From Eubacterium sp. (GTDB lineage Bacteria > Bacillota > Clostridia > Peptostreptococcales > Anaerovoracaceae): a DNA stretch of 64,000 nt. Positions 39,002 to 47,690 of this stretch are shown here, piece by piece; within the stretch, counting starts at the first letter, position 1; every line of letters begins with the position of its first letter. Made by a program: the position numbers and the translations under genes. The stretch is from contig JAFWHX010000002.1 in assembly GCA_017533915.1 (NCBI GenBank), positions 55,064-119,063 of the forward strand. The letters are read 5' to 3'. The notes under the pieces are model-generated. The model saw nothing but the letters and a program-made list of their open reading frames with translations, made no database searches and was not told the origin of the DNA.

Positions 39002-40221
39002 TACTCTTCCTCCCTTACTCCTATATGCCTGTAAGTTTCACCTGTGTCTCCTGTCTCGGCTATCTTGCCGAGCTCAGCGAATATCGTCTCAAACGTCTCG
39101 ATCGTGACGTCGCGTCCGCCGAGTCCGTATACGTAATCGATCATCAAAGGCCTCTCGGCCGCATCGTACAGCGCTGACCTTGTCTCAGCGAATACCGGGC
39201 CACCGCAGCCTGACATGCCTTCCGACTTATCCATCGCCGCTACTGCCTTCACCCCGGACAGGGCTTCCTCAAGCTCTTCCTTCGGGAACGGCCTGAATAC
39301 ACGGATCTTTACAAGTCCGGCTTTGATGCCCTGCTCACGGAGCATGCTCACCGCCGCCTTGCCGGTACCTGCTGAAGAACCGATGACAACGACTGCAAGT
39401 TCTGCATCGTCCATCATGTATTTCTCGATCATCTCGTACTTGTGGCCGAACGACTCGCCGAACTCCGATCCGACTTTCAGTATCGTCTCGTGCGCCTGCT
39501 TCATCGCTTCAGCCTGCGCTTTTTTGATCTCCATATAGTAGTTGCTCACGCCGTAAGGTCCGACTGCCAGCGTCTCATCTTTCTTCAGCAGATAATGTTC
39601 CGGATGATACTCGCCTACGAATCCTTTTACGTCATCGTCGCCGTAAAGTGTGATGTTCTGGACGTTATGGCTCGTGATGAATCCGTCCTGGCAGATCATG
39701 ACCGGTATCCTGCAGCGCTCTGCGATCGGAAAAGCCTGGATATAGTTGTCGTAAGCTTCCTGATTGTCTTCAGAATAGATCTGGATCCATCCCGCGTCGC
39801 GCGCTCCCATTGAATCCGAGTGATCGCAGTTGATGTTTATCGGTCCGGTAAGTGCGCGGTTCACGACTGCCATGACTATCGGAAGTCTGTCGGACGCCGC
39901 TACATAAAGCAGCTCCCACATGTAGGCAAATCCTGCTGACGAAGTAGCTGTGATCGCACGCGCTCCGGCAGCAGAAGCTCCGATGCATGTGGACATCGCT
40001 GAGTGCTCAGATTCCACCGGAACGAATTCTGTATTTACTTCACCGTTTGCTACATAGCTGGAGAAATACTGCGGTATCTCTGTAGATGGCGTGATCGGGT
40101 ATGTGCCCATAACGTCAGGGTCTATCTGCTTCATAGCATAAGCGACAGCTTCGTTTCCGCTCATGCGCTCCCTGATCTTCTCGGCAGCTTTCGGCGCCTT
40201 CTTCTTGCGTGTTTCTGCCAT
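39001..40221 (-). CDS. 2-oxoacid:ferredoxin oxidoreductase alpha subunit
   Basis: GNEAVAYAMKQIDPDVMGTYPITPSTEIPQ and the POR/VOR alpha pattern. The start MAETRKKK overlaps the delta stop (TGATG). The track ORF extends to 40284. Confidence 0.9.
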   Translation of the reverse strand: MAETRKKKAPKAAEKIRERMSGNEAVAYAMKQIDPDVMGTYPITPSTEIPQYFSSYVANGEVNTEFVPVESEHSAMSTCIGASAAGARAITATSSAGFAYMWELLYVAASDRLPIVMAVVNRALTGPININCDHSDSMGARDAGWIQIYSEDNQEAYDNYIQAFPIAERCRIPVMICQDGFITSHNVQNITLYGDDDVKGFVGEYHPEHYLLKKDETLAVGPYGVSNYYMEIKKAQAEAMKQAHETILKVGSEFGESFGHKYEMIEKYMMDDAELAVVVIGSSAGTGKAAVSMLREQGIKAGLVKIRVFRPFPKEELEEALSGVKAVAAMDKSEGMSGCGGPVFAETRSALYDAAERPLMIDYVYGLGGRDVTIETFETIFAELGKIAETGDTGETYRHIGVREEE

Positions 40222-40532
40222 CAGTCTTCCTCCCTTCTCATCGTGATCGCCTGGAATGGACAAACTTTGGCGCAGATCCCGCATCCTTTGCAGTGATCCA
40301 TGTCCATGCCGGACATCTTACCCTCTACGACTTTGATTGAGGAGTCCGGGCAATACGGTACGCAGAGCATACACTGTCTGCATTTCTGACTGTTCCAGTC
40401 CGGAGTCTCGACCCGCCACTCACCTGTCTTTACAAGCTTTGATGTCGCAGGCTCATAGATCTCCGCACCTGGGGTAAGCTCCTCCCAAGGGGAGGTCTCA
40501 TGTATATCTTTTGCTGATCTGAACATATTCAA
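40221..40532 (-). CDS. 2-oxoacid:ferredoxin oxidoreductase delta subunit (2x[4Fe-4S] ferredoxin)
   Basis: CRQCMLCVPYCP and CKGCGICAKVCP cluster motifs. Confidence 0.9.
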   Translation of the reverse strand: MNMFRSAKDIHETSPWEELTPGAEIYEPATSKLVKTGEWRVETPDWNSQKCRQCMLCVPYCPDSSIKVVEGKMSGMDMDHCKGCGICAKVCPFQAITMRREED

Positions 40533-40542
40533 CCTCTTTCAA

Positions 40543-41130
40543 TTAACCGACGCGCACCTGATCCATCGCCATGGAGAGCGCCTTCATGTTCCCGTCGATG
40601 ACTTCTGGCTTGGTCCTGAATTTATGACCGAACGACTCGCGCATGTCGCTCAGGAATTTCTCACAGTCGATGACATTACTGATCTTAACGATAGCTGCGA
40701 GCATCGGCGTATTTGGAATGTTTCTCCCGATCGTCTCGAGCGAGATCGTCGCCGCGTCGACTGTGCAGACGCGCCCTTTGTAACCGTTCAGCTGCCTCCT
40801 GATCTCAGACGGCGACCTCATCGTATTAACCAGGATCGCGCCATCCTCCGACAGACCGGCGGTCACATCCACCGCTTCGAGCAAAGTCTCATCGACTACT
40901 ACTACATAATCAGGATAGTAGATGTTTGAATGCACGATATTCGGTTCATCTGAGATCCTGTTATACGCAGTGATCGGAGCGCCCATCCTCTCAGGGCCGT
41001 ACTCAGGGAATCCCTGGACTTCCTTGCCCGAGCTGAAGCAGACATCCGCGAGGAGCAGACACGCCGTCTTGGCGCCCTGGCCGCCTCTTCCGTGCCATCT
41101 TATCTCAATGGCCTTGCTAGATTTACTCAT
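40543..41130 (-). CDS. 2-oxoacid:ferredoxin oxidoreductase gamma subunit
   Basis: IRWHGRGGQGAKTA, the POR/VOR gamma signature. Confidence 0.9.
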   Translation of the reverse strand: MSKSSKAIEIRWHGRGGQGAKTACLLLADVCFSSGKEVQGFPEYGPERMGAPITAYNRISDEPNIVHSNIYYPDYVVVVDETLLEAVDVTAGLSEDGAILVNTMRSPSEIRRQLNGYKGRVCTVDAATISLETIGRNIPNTPMLAAIVKISNVIDCEKFLSDMRESFGHKFRTKPEVIDGNMKALSMAMDQVRVG

Positions 41131-41405
41131 ACCTTCTCCTTATATACCAAAAAGTCCGCCCTGTATCAGGACGGACATATTTTCCGCGTGTAAACCACCT
41201 GCTACAAAACGCATACCATCATATGCTCTCCTGATAACGGGGGAGGACCGTCACGGCTTACTGGTCAGAACTTTCTGCCGCGCGACTCGGGAGTGATCTT
41301 CATCACAGCGCTACTTCAGTACCGGGCTCGCACCATCCCCGGCTCGCTACTCACCTTTTCACATCTGGACTACTGTCTCCGTCACAGTCTTTAGCAATTC
41401 AGTTG
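41131..41405 (-). promoter_or_regulatory. T-box riboswitch leader, specifier AUC (Ile)
   Basis: The minus strand carries a Stem I AGUA/GAA specifier loop and the distal element AGCGA + GCCGGG-GAUGGUGCGAG-CCCGGU. It also has the F-box CCGUUA, the T-box-like GGUGGUUUACACGCGG, and the terminator GUCCGUCC-UGAUACA-GGGCGGAC-UUUUU just before the RBS AAGGAGAAGG. Confidence 0.8.
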
Positions 41406-41410
41406 TTTTG

Positions 41411-41439
41411 ATATTACATCAACACAGATAAAAAGTCAA
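41411..41439 (-). promoter_or_regulatory. Sigma-A-type promoter of the T-box/OFOR operon
   Basis: TTGACT (41439-41434), a 17-nt spacer, TAATAT (41416-41411), starting 7 nt after the addB stop. Confidence 0.55.
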
Positions 41440-41445
41440 GCGTCA

Positions 41446-44400
41446 TCAGTCGATATCATTGTATCTGCAGCCCGTAAATCCCGTATCGAATCTGCAGATG
41501 GAAAGATATGGGCAGTACTCACACGCTATGCGCTCGCCCTTCCTCCGCATCGGATGTATATCTATGCGTCCTTCCCGGATACCGGCCGCAAGCTCCTGGA
41601 CTTTATCATCCACCGCCTGCTGAAGATCAAAGAAATCTCCCTCGGCGAGCACCATATTATTGTTCGTGCCCCGGTATACACCGTCTTTCCCCGGCTTGAT
41701 GGATGCGATGCTTCCTGTGGTATCATCTCCCAGGATCTCTGATATCGTCTCCGGGTCGTCTACGACTATGCCCTGCATACTCGGAGCACGCTTTGCCGAG
41801 ACAGCTTCCGGGTCTGTGTCATCAGCGATGCTCGGACCTTTAAGGTCGTCTGTATTTATATCCTTTGTGCCCAGATAGAAATAGAATACTCCCGCCGGCT
41901 CGCGCTTTCCTTCCTGTGCGGCTTTCATATACAACATAAGCTGCAGGCTGTATCCTGCCCTGATCGTCTGATCGGTCAGCGTCTTCTGTCCGGATTTATA
42001 GTCTATTATCTTTACTCTCCCGTTCTCAAGAAGATCCAGACGGTCTATCTTTCCTTCTATATATATCTTCTTTCCGCCGGCATCAACTTCCACCGGGGGT
42101 ATATCTGACCGCCGTCCGAATACCTGCTCGTATCTGCTCCCCGCGATCCTTCCTGCACGGGCATGGCGAACCAGCACTTCGACAGCTTCCATCAAAGTCT
42201 TCTCCACACGGTCTGCCCGGTAAGTATCGCTGCCTGTATAATGAAATACTCCGTCTCCGTATTCCTGTCTCTCTGCTCCTGCTATCCTGTGGATCATCTC
42301 GCCCAGCTGTTCCGGTGTAACTGTATCCCAAAGGCCATGCTCGGACAGTTCTGAGGTGATCTTCATCAGTGAATCGTGGTAGACATCGCCTATTTCTCGT
42401 AAACCCGTCTCGAAAATCCGCCTTTCTTCAGGCTTCAGACCATAATCTATGAAGTATCTGAACGGACATCCGGCATAGCTCTCCAGTCTGGATGCGCTCA
42501 CTGTATCAGAATCTCTTCCGGAGAGCATGATACCTGATAATCCTTCTCCGACCGGATATGCTCTATTGTCGAACCCAAGACCGCTTATCATGCTCGCCGC
42601 AGTTTCGGGCTCGTTCGATCTATACCAGCCGAGCACGTCATCCCAGATCGGATCAAGATCTGCACCTTCTCTTTTTTTCACTTTGGCGTCTGCAAGGTGC
42701 CTCAATGTACTTGTCCGACCTCCGATCAGATCTTCCGCTTTTCCTGTGTTCAGTATGTCATGTCCTGTCTTCTTATCAGGGAATATCCTCAGCAGATCCT
42801 CGATCAGTTCTGACGGCCGGAGTGCTGATCCACTCTCATCTGAAGCGGTATAGCTTATCCAGAGCTCCGAATCCGGCTTTGAGAAATTACGGTATATGGC
42901 AAGACGCTCTTCCTCACGCCTCACCTTTTCCGACTTACATGCCTCAAAGCCGCTTTCTGCAAGTCTTTCCTCTTCCTGTTCGGCGAACAGCCCAGAGCCT
43001 GAGCCTCCCTGCGGTATCACCCCGTCGTTCGCGCCTACCACGACTATAGCTTTTACCGAGCCGACTCTGGTACGCTGCATCGTACCCACCACCAGATCAT
43101 CCGGTGATGTCGGCATGATACCGATCTCGGACTGCCTGAGTCCCACAGTGAAAATGTTCAGGAATTCCTCAGAATCGAACCGCTCATCACCTAATATCGC
43201 GTTCACCTGATCCAGAATGCTTAATATCTGCTGCCAGATCTGGACGGTCTCCTCTGCGATATCCCTCAATCCCGACTCTTCCCGCGCGTTTACAAGCGAA
43301 TCAAGTCTGCATACAAGCGCCATATCTTCAGTCAGAAATCTGTAGAAATCTTTCAGGAATTCAGCATAACTCTGCTTTTTCTTTAAAAGATCTGAAAGCT
43401 TTCCGAATGTTCCTGTAACGATCATCCTTGAACGTTCCAGCTCGCTGAGTTCTTCTTCACTGTATCTGTCCGTTCCAAACGTGAATGCCCTGTTCCAGAG
43501 CTTTCTGTCTATTCTGTAACACACAGCATAATTCTCAAGCTTCTCCGTATCTTCCTGATCGAGTACACACAATCCTGTCTTGAGAGCCCTGAAGATATCC
43601 TGCGTCCTCATTCCATGTATACACGCATTTATCATCGCTGAAATGCACACGGCAATGCCTGATCCTGATATGCTTCTTTTTTTATCGATAAAAGCCGGAA
43701 GCCCATACTCGTCAAATGCATGCTCAAGCGCAGCTCCTCTACTGTCCGAGTCATTGCATATCACGGCGATATCTCTGTACCTGTAGCCCTTGTCCCTTAA
43801 CAGATGGAGAATGTACGCCGCCGCTGACTCCGCCTCGTTATAATAGTTGGCAGATTCGATGATCGTTATGCCGCCCTCAGCATCCGGGCTTTTCATCGGC
43901 CGCGGCATTACAGAATACAGCTCGTGCTCCAGATGCTCTATCTCCGCAGAGCTTTTCTTCACTTTATATCTTCCATCAGCAAACATCCCGGCGATCGATC
44001 TTATAACGCCTCTTTCCGCGCCGTTTTCTTCAGCCGCAGCAATAAGATTGTCTCTTACAGCGCCTGTCAGCTCGAACAAAGCCTCATCGGCTGCTCCTTC
44101 ATCATATGTGAGCACGACATTCACCTCGGTGCACAGGCGCATCAGCTTTCCAAGCACCTTGAGCGCTTTCGGAGCGAAGCTGTCGAATCCATATACCCAT
44201 ACAGATGATTTCCTGAGAAGCCCCGACTCGTCAGCTTTGTTAAGGAAAAGCTCCACATAGTCTTCAGAATCGGTGTATTTCCCTGATATGCGCTTGTCAT
44301 ATGCTGTATAGATCCTGCTGATGTCCCGCATCTTGAGCGAGAGAGCATCGTCCGATTCAAGACCGTAAGCCGTTTCTTTATACAGTTCCGGAGATACGTC

Positions 44401-44790
44401 ATATTGTTTCAGCTGAGAGATATAATCGTTCAGCATCTCGATGAACGCCGGCTTTCTGACGCTTCCGCCGTATACTTCGAGATCATCCTTAAGCTCTGAC
44501 AGCACTCCGGTCAGAAGCATCTGCCGCCCGTACTTGTCGATGAAACTGACATCACCCTGGCCAACGTCCGCGATCACATTATGTTCCAGTCTGGAGATAC
44601 TGTACACGTCAAGCCCTATCAGCGCATCCCTGCCGATCACCTGAAACGCTCTGCGCTCTGCCTCCAGTGTATACTGGTCAGGGACAAGTACTAAAACAGG
44701 AGAGGCAGCGCTGAAGCCCCTCTCCTTTATCATTTCGTATATGAACTTTTCCTTATCGACGGATTCCCGTCCGTAATAGATGTTCAGCAT
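41446..44790 (-). CDS. addB: Helicase-nuclease AddAB subunit AddB (RexB-like)
   Basis: 1114 aa. It has a degenerate N-terminal P-loop region, the PD-(D/E)XK nuclease motif GKIDRLDLL...IIDYKSG, and Fe-S cysteines including CEYCPYLSICRF at the C-terminus. Confidence 0.85.
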   Translation of the reverse strand: MLNIYYGRESVDKEKFIYEMIKERGFSAASPVLVLVPDQYTLEAERRAFQVIGRDALIGLDVYSISRLEHNVIADVGQGDVSFIDKYGRQMLLTGVLSELKDDLEVYGGSVRKPAFIEMLNDYISQLKQYDVSPELYKETAYGLESDDALSLKMRDISRIYTAYDKRISGKYTDSEDYVELFLNKADESGLLRKSSVWVYGFDSFAPKALKVLGKLMRLCTEVNVVLTYDEGAADEALFELTGAVRDNLIAAAEENGAERGVIRSIAGMFADGRYKVKKSSAEIEHLEHELYSVMPRPMKSPDAEGGITIIESANYYNEAESAAAYILHLLRDKGYRYRDIAVICNDSDSRGAALEHAFDEYGLPAFIDKKRSISGSGIAVCISAMINACIHGMRTQDIFRALKTGLCVLDQEDTEKLENYAVCYRIDRKLWNRAFTFGTDRYSEEELSELERSRMIVTGTFGKLSDLLKKKQSYAEFLKDFYRFLTEDMALVCRLDSLVNAREESGLRDIAEETVQIWQQILSILDQVNAILGDERFDSEEFLNIFTVGLRQSEIGIMPTSPDDLVVGTMQRTRVGSVKAIVVVGANDGVIPQGGSGSGLFAEQEEERLAESGFEACKSEKVRREEERLAIYRNFSKPDSELWISYTASDESGSALRPSELIEDLLRIFPDKKTGHDILNTGKAEDLIGGRTSTLRHLADAKVKKREGADLDPIWDDVLGWYRSNEPETAASMISGLGFDNRAYPVGEGLSGIMLSGRDSDTVSASRLESYAGCPFRYFIDYGLKPEERRIFETGLREIGDVYHDSLMKITSELSEHGLWDTVTPEQLGEMIHRIAGAERQEYGDGVFHYTGSDTYRADRVEKTLMEAVEVLVRHARAGRIAGSRYEQVFGRRSDIPPVEVDAGGKKIYIEGKIDRLDLLENGRVKIIDYKSGQKTLTDQTIRAGYSLQLMLYMKAAQEGKREPAGVFYFYLGTKDINTDDLKGPSIADDTDPEAVSAKRAPSMQGIVVDDPETISEILGDDTTGSIASIKPGKDGVYRGTNNNMVLAEGDFFDLQQAVDDKVQELAAGIREGRIDIHPMRRKGERIACEYCPYLSICRFDTGFTGCRYNDID

Positions 44791-44805
44791 ACATTACCCT
44801 CTTAA

Positions 44806-44943
44806 CTGCTGACAGCGGCATCCTGAGGGACTTCCGCAGTGCCGGTTCTTAGTGAGCACGAGCCTGCAGGCGAAGTGCAAGCTTAGAACCGCTGCACGAG
44901 GACAAAGCGCGAGCGGTCCCGAACGGATGCCGCTGTTCAGCAG
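44806..44943 (-). repeat. Unclassified structured intergenic element, copy 1 (conserved ~92-nt core closed by an 18-bp helix)
   Basis: The closing helix pairs CTGCTGACAGCGGCATCC with GGATGCCGCTGTTCAGCAG. The core at 44827-44920 is nearly identical to 47711-47800. Confidence 0.6.
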
Positions 44944-44968
44944 CTAATACTGTATAGTAAGTGCACAA

Positions 44969-47668
44969 TTATTCACCGACGTGCATCTCGAGCTGCTCAG
45001 TCGTCATCGTCCTCTGATAGATATCAGTCAGAAGGCCATTGAATACGATGTCGCATTCTCCCAGTGGAGCATCCTCCACTTTGACATCGCCCTGCTTGAT
45101 CACGCGGACTGTCTTGCCGGCAGGCGCTGTCTTCTTTATGTTGCCTTCTTCATCGCATATATCGAATATGAACTGGAGCGTATCTCCTGTCTTGAGGTTT
45201 TCTGTTCCCCTTACGTTCATGATGCTTGAGATAAGCCCTGTTCCTACAGGATAATATCCTGTTATGCGGCCGTTGTCTGCATCCTTTTTGCTGCCGTCTT
45301 TTACAGGGTCCCATTCGATGAGCAGAATTATATCCTGTTCATCATTCAGCCTTGCGCGTACTTTGCCTGAGTAGACGTCACCGTCTTCAGTTTCCCTTAC
45401 AGGCTCAGCCTCGTAGCAGACAGGCTGTCCGTCGATATGTACCCAGTAATCATCCGCTACGACAGTAGGATTACCGTTTTCATCAGACCCGACGATCTGA
45501 TCTTTGCCCAGATACCTCATCTCGCCGGTTTTTTCGGTCTTCTGCCATACCATCGTCTCACAGTCGACTATAATGTTCCATGCCTGCTCCGGAAGCTCTA
45601 TCTTATATCCGTCAGCTGATTCCGTAAGCGGGATATCGACCAGAGCTTCAGTATCGTCGTAATCTTCGAATCCCTTGACGTACCATTCCTGCACTGTAAG
45701 GTCTTCTACGGCCAGGTCATTCATAAGTGCTGACAGAGGATCGTCACTCTCAGCGGCATTCTCCATCATTTTTTCCATGTAGTCATCCTGCTCAGCAGCT
45801 TTCTTCTTCTGAACAGCTATGATACTGAATATATCATTGAAGACCTTACGCTCTTTATTGAGCTTCATGTCTTTAAGCGCCTTGCTTGTGTCACTGTACA
45901 AGAATGCAGTTTTATACGGGAAGGCGAACGCCATGCCGTTTATCCCGTTTGCTGAATTCTTGTTCCGGTAAAGCACACAAGCCTGCAGTCTGTTGATAAG
46001 CTTATCAAGTTCTTCGTCTGTAGTGAGGTCATCCTCATAATCCGCTTTCTTGAGTACTGTCAGATAGTCAATCAGGTCGATCTGAAGGCTCTGGTCAAAA
46101 TTGTATGCGTTGGAGCCTGCAACAGCCATGTCAGCAAAAACTCCTGGATCATTCTTCAGCTTCCTGTCAGCGAGTTCGAGAAGTTCTACGAATTCATCAT
46201 ACGCAGGTTTCGCAAGCGTCGTATCTACCAATGAAAGTGTTGCCTTTGTATCCGGCTTTCCGTCATCATCCTTCACGATCGTGTTCAGCTGGTCATAGCA
46301 GGACAACATGTCGACAGCAAACTCTTCAGTGCTCATGCCCGGATCTTTCGCGAGCTTTCCGAACGGTGAAGTGTAGTACCATCCAAGGCCGCCTTCCACT
46401 TCCTCTGACGCCAGATAATAATCGGTATACGGCTCCATCTTCGCAGCGACTTCAATATCCTGCATCAGGCAGGCATCAAAACCTATTACGTCGAACTTTA
46501 TCCCGGACTTTTTGACTGCCTGGATTACTTCCGGCGTATCCATGCATTCTTCGTCTTCATCCCCGTGCTTCTTATTAAGGTCATCGGAGCCAAAACCCAT
46601 AGCGACTCCGCCGCCGTGATCCCAGAGAACGAGCATATATCTGTCAGCCTGGTACTTGTCCTTAGCCCAGAGCAGGAAGTCCTCCAGGCTCTCCTCATCC
46701 GCCATGCTCATGTCATCAGGAAGGTCCTCTACTTTACTGAGTTCTCCTCCCTGTATCTCATATCTTCCATAAGACTCGTCGTCGATCCCGCTTGTGAACC
46801 AGCGCTTTGATCCTCCTGCCTGTACGATGAACTTAAGAGCGTCGCCTTTACCGGTCGCATCGATCATCTGTCTGATGTTTGCAGAGGCAAGACCTGCCAT
46901 ATCCTCAAGATTGGACCCGACTATGTATGTAAGTACGACCACACTCTTGTCCTGGGAATGGTTCGGGAAGAACTTATCCCTGCTGGTCTCCATCGTATCT
47001 ATCAGAGCCGCATCCTCACCCATGGCCTCTTCTCTGGACACTACTTCTTCCGTACTTTCTATTTCATTCAGCTCATCATGTATATCTTCCAGGTCCATCT
47101 CTACCAAGAACCCAGGTCTGTGAGCCTGTATCGTGATAGTCCCTACGATCACCACCAGCGCGATTATCTCGGCTCCTGACAACAGAACGATCGCCGCCTT
47201 TGCCAGAAAATTCAGCACAGGAGGCAGTTCTTTCACCGGCCTGAGCTTGAGCGGCGTGTACTCAGCCTTACTGATACCAAGTATGGCCATAAAGATCGGC
47301 GGTAAGATTATCGTCCCAAGTCTGAACAGAACGCCTTTGCCAAAGCTCTTTGCGAGACGCCAATGGAGCCGGCAGAGAAAGATGCCGTACACGATATATA
47401 CGATGATCGCAAATGCCAGTCCCATACCTTCACTGGTCCCAAGGTAAAGGGCTGCTGCTCCAAATACCAGCGAGATAATGAACGGCCTGTAGAACGATCT
47501 CATCGTCCGGAACAGCACCTTTGTCATCTCGCGCTCCGCAAGGAACGGCACTATGCACGTCCATCTCTTGAGCGGCATCTTTTTAAGTACAAAGAAATAT
47601 CCGATAGTCATGACTACCCAGTAGACGACGAATGCGATCGGATCTGTCAATATTCTTAGAAATAACAT
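44969..47668 (-). CDS. Membrane-anchored clostripain-family (peptidase C11) protein
   Basis: 899 aa. An N-terminal ~190-aa multi-TM region precedes a C11 core with the catalytic His-Gly (LVLWDHGGG) and Cys (IGFDACLM). A large C-terminal beta-rich region follows. Confidence 0.85.
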   Translation of the reverse strand: MLFLRILTDPIAFVVYWVVMTIGYFFVLKKMPLKRWTCIVPFLAEREMTKVLFRTMRSFYRPFIISLVFGAAALYLGTSEGMGLAFAIIVYIVYGIFLCRLHWRLAKSFGKGVLFRLGTIILPPIFMAILGISKAEYTPLKLRPVKELPPVLNFLAKAAIVLLSGAEIIALVVIVGTITIQAHRPGFLVEMDLEDIHDELNEIESTEEVVSREEAMGEDAALIDTMETSRDKFFPNHSQDKSVVVLTYIVGSNLEDMAGLASANIRQMIDATGKGDALKFIVQAGGSKRWFTSGIDDESYGRYEIQGGELSKVEDLPDDMSMADEESLEDFLLWAKDKYQADRYMLVLWDHGGGVAMGFGSDDLNKKHGDEDEECMDTPEVIQAVKKSGIKFDVIGFDACLMQDIEVAAKMEPYTDYYLASEEVEGGLGWYYTSPFGKLAKDPGMSTEEFAVDMLSCYDQLNTIVKDDDGKPDTKATLSLVDTTLAKPAYDEFVELLELADRKLKNDPGVFADMAVAGSNAYNFDQSLQIDLIDYLTVLKKADYEDDLTTDEELDKLINRLQACVLYRNKNSANGINGMAFAFPYKTAFLYSDTSKALKDMKLNKERKVFNDIFSIIAVQKKKAAEQDDYMEKMMENAAESDDPLSALMNDLAVEDLTVQEWYVKGFEDYDDTEALVDIPLTESADGYKIELPEQAWNIIVDCETMVWQKTEKTGEMRYLGKDQIVGSDENGNPTVVADDYWVHIDGQPVCYEAEPVRETEDGDVYSGKVRARLNDEQDIILLIEWDPVKDGSKKDADNGRITGYYPVGTGLISSIMNVRGTENLKTGDTLQFIFDICDEEGNIKKTAPAGKTVRVIKQGDVKVEDAPLGECDIVFNGLLTDIYQRTMTTEQLEMHVGE

Positions 47669-47690
47669 AGTTAAACCTCATTACATATCA

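Noticed and set aside
41290-41301. Alternative T-box specifier GAU (Asp) from reading GAA-GAU-CA
   Set aside because: That reading puts a pyrimidine after the codon. The position anchored to the closing helix gives AUC followed by A. The T-box UGGU also fits the A73 discriminator of tRNA-Ile better than G73 of tRNA-Asp.
44806-44943. Integron attC site or MITE interpretation of the bracketing elements
   Set aside because: The ends only loosely resemble RYYYAAC/GTTRRRY. No integrase is nearby and the flanking genes are housekeeping. For a MITE the terminal inverted repeats should be the conserved part, whereas here the termini differ and the core is conserved.
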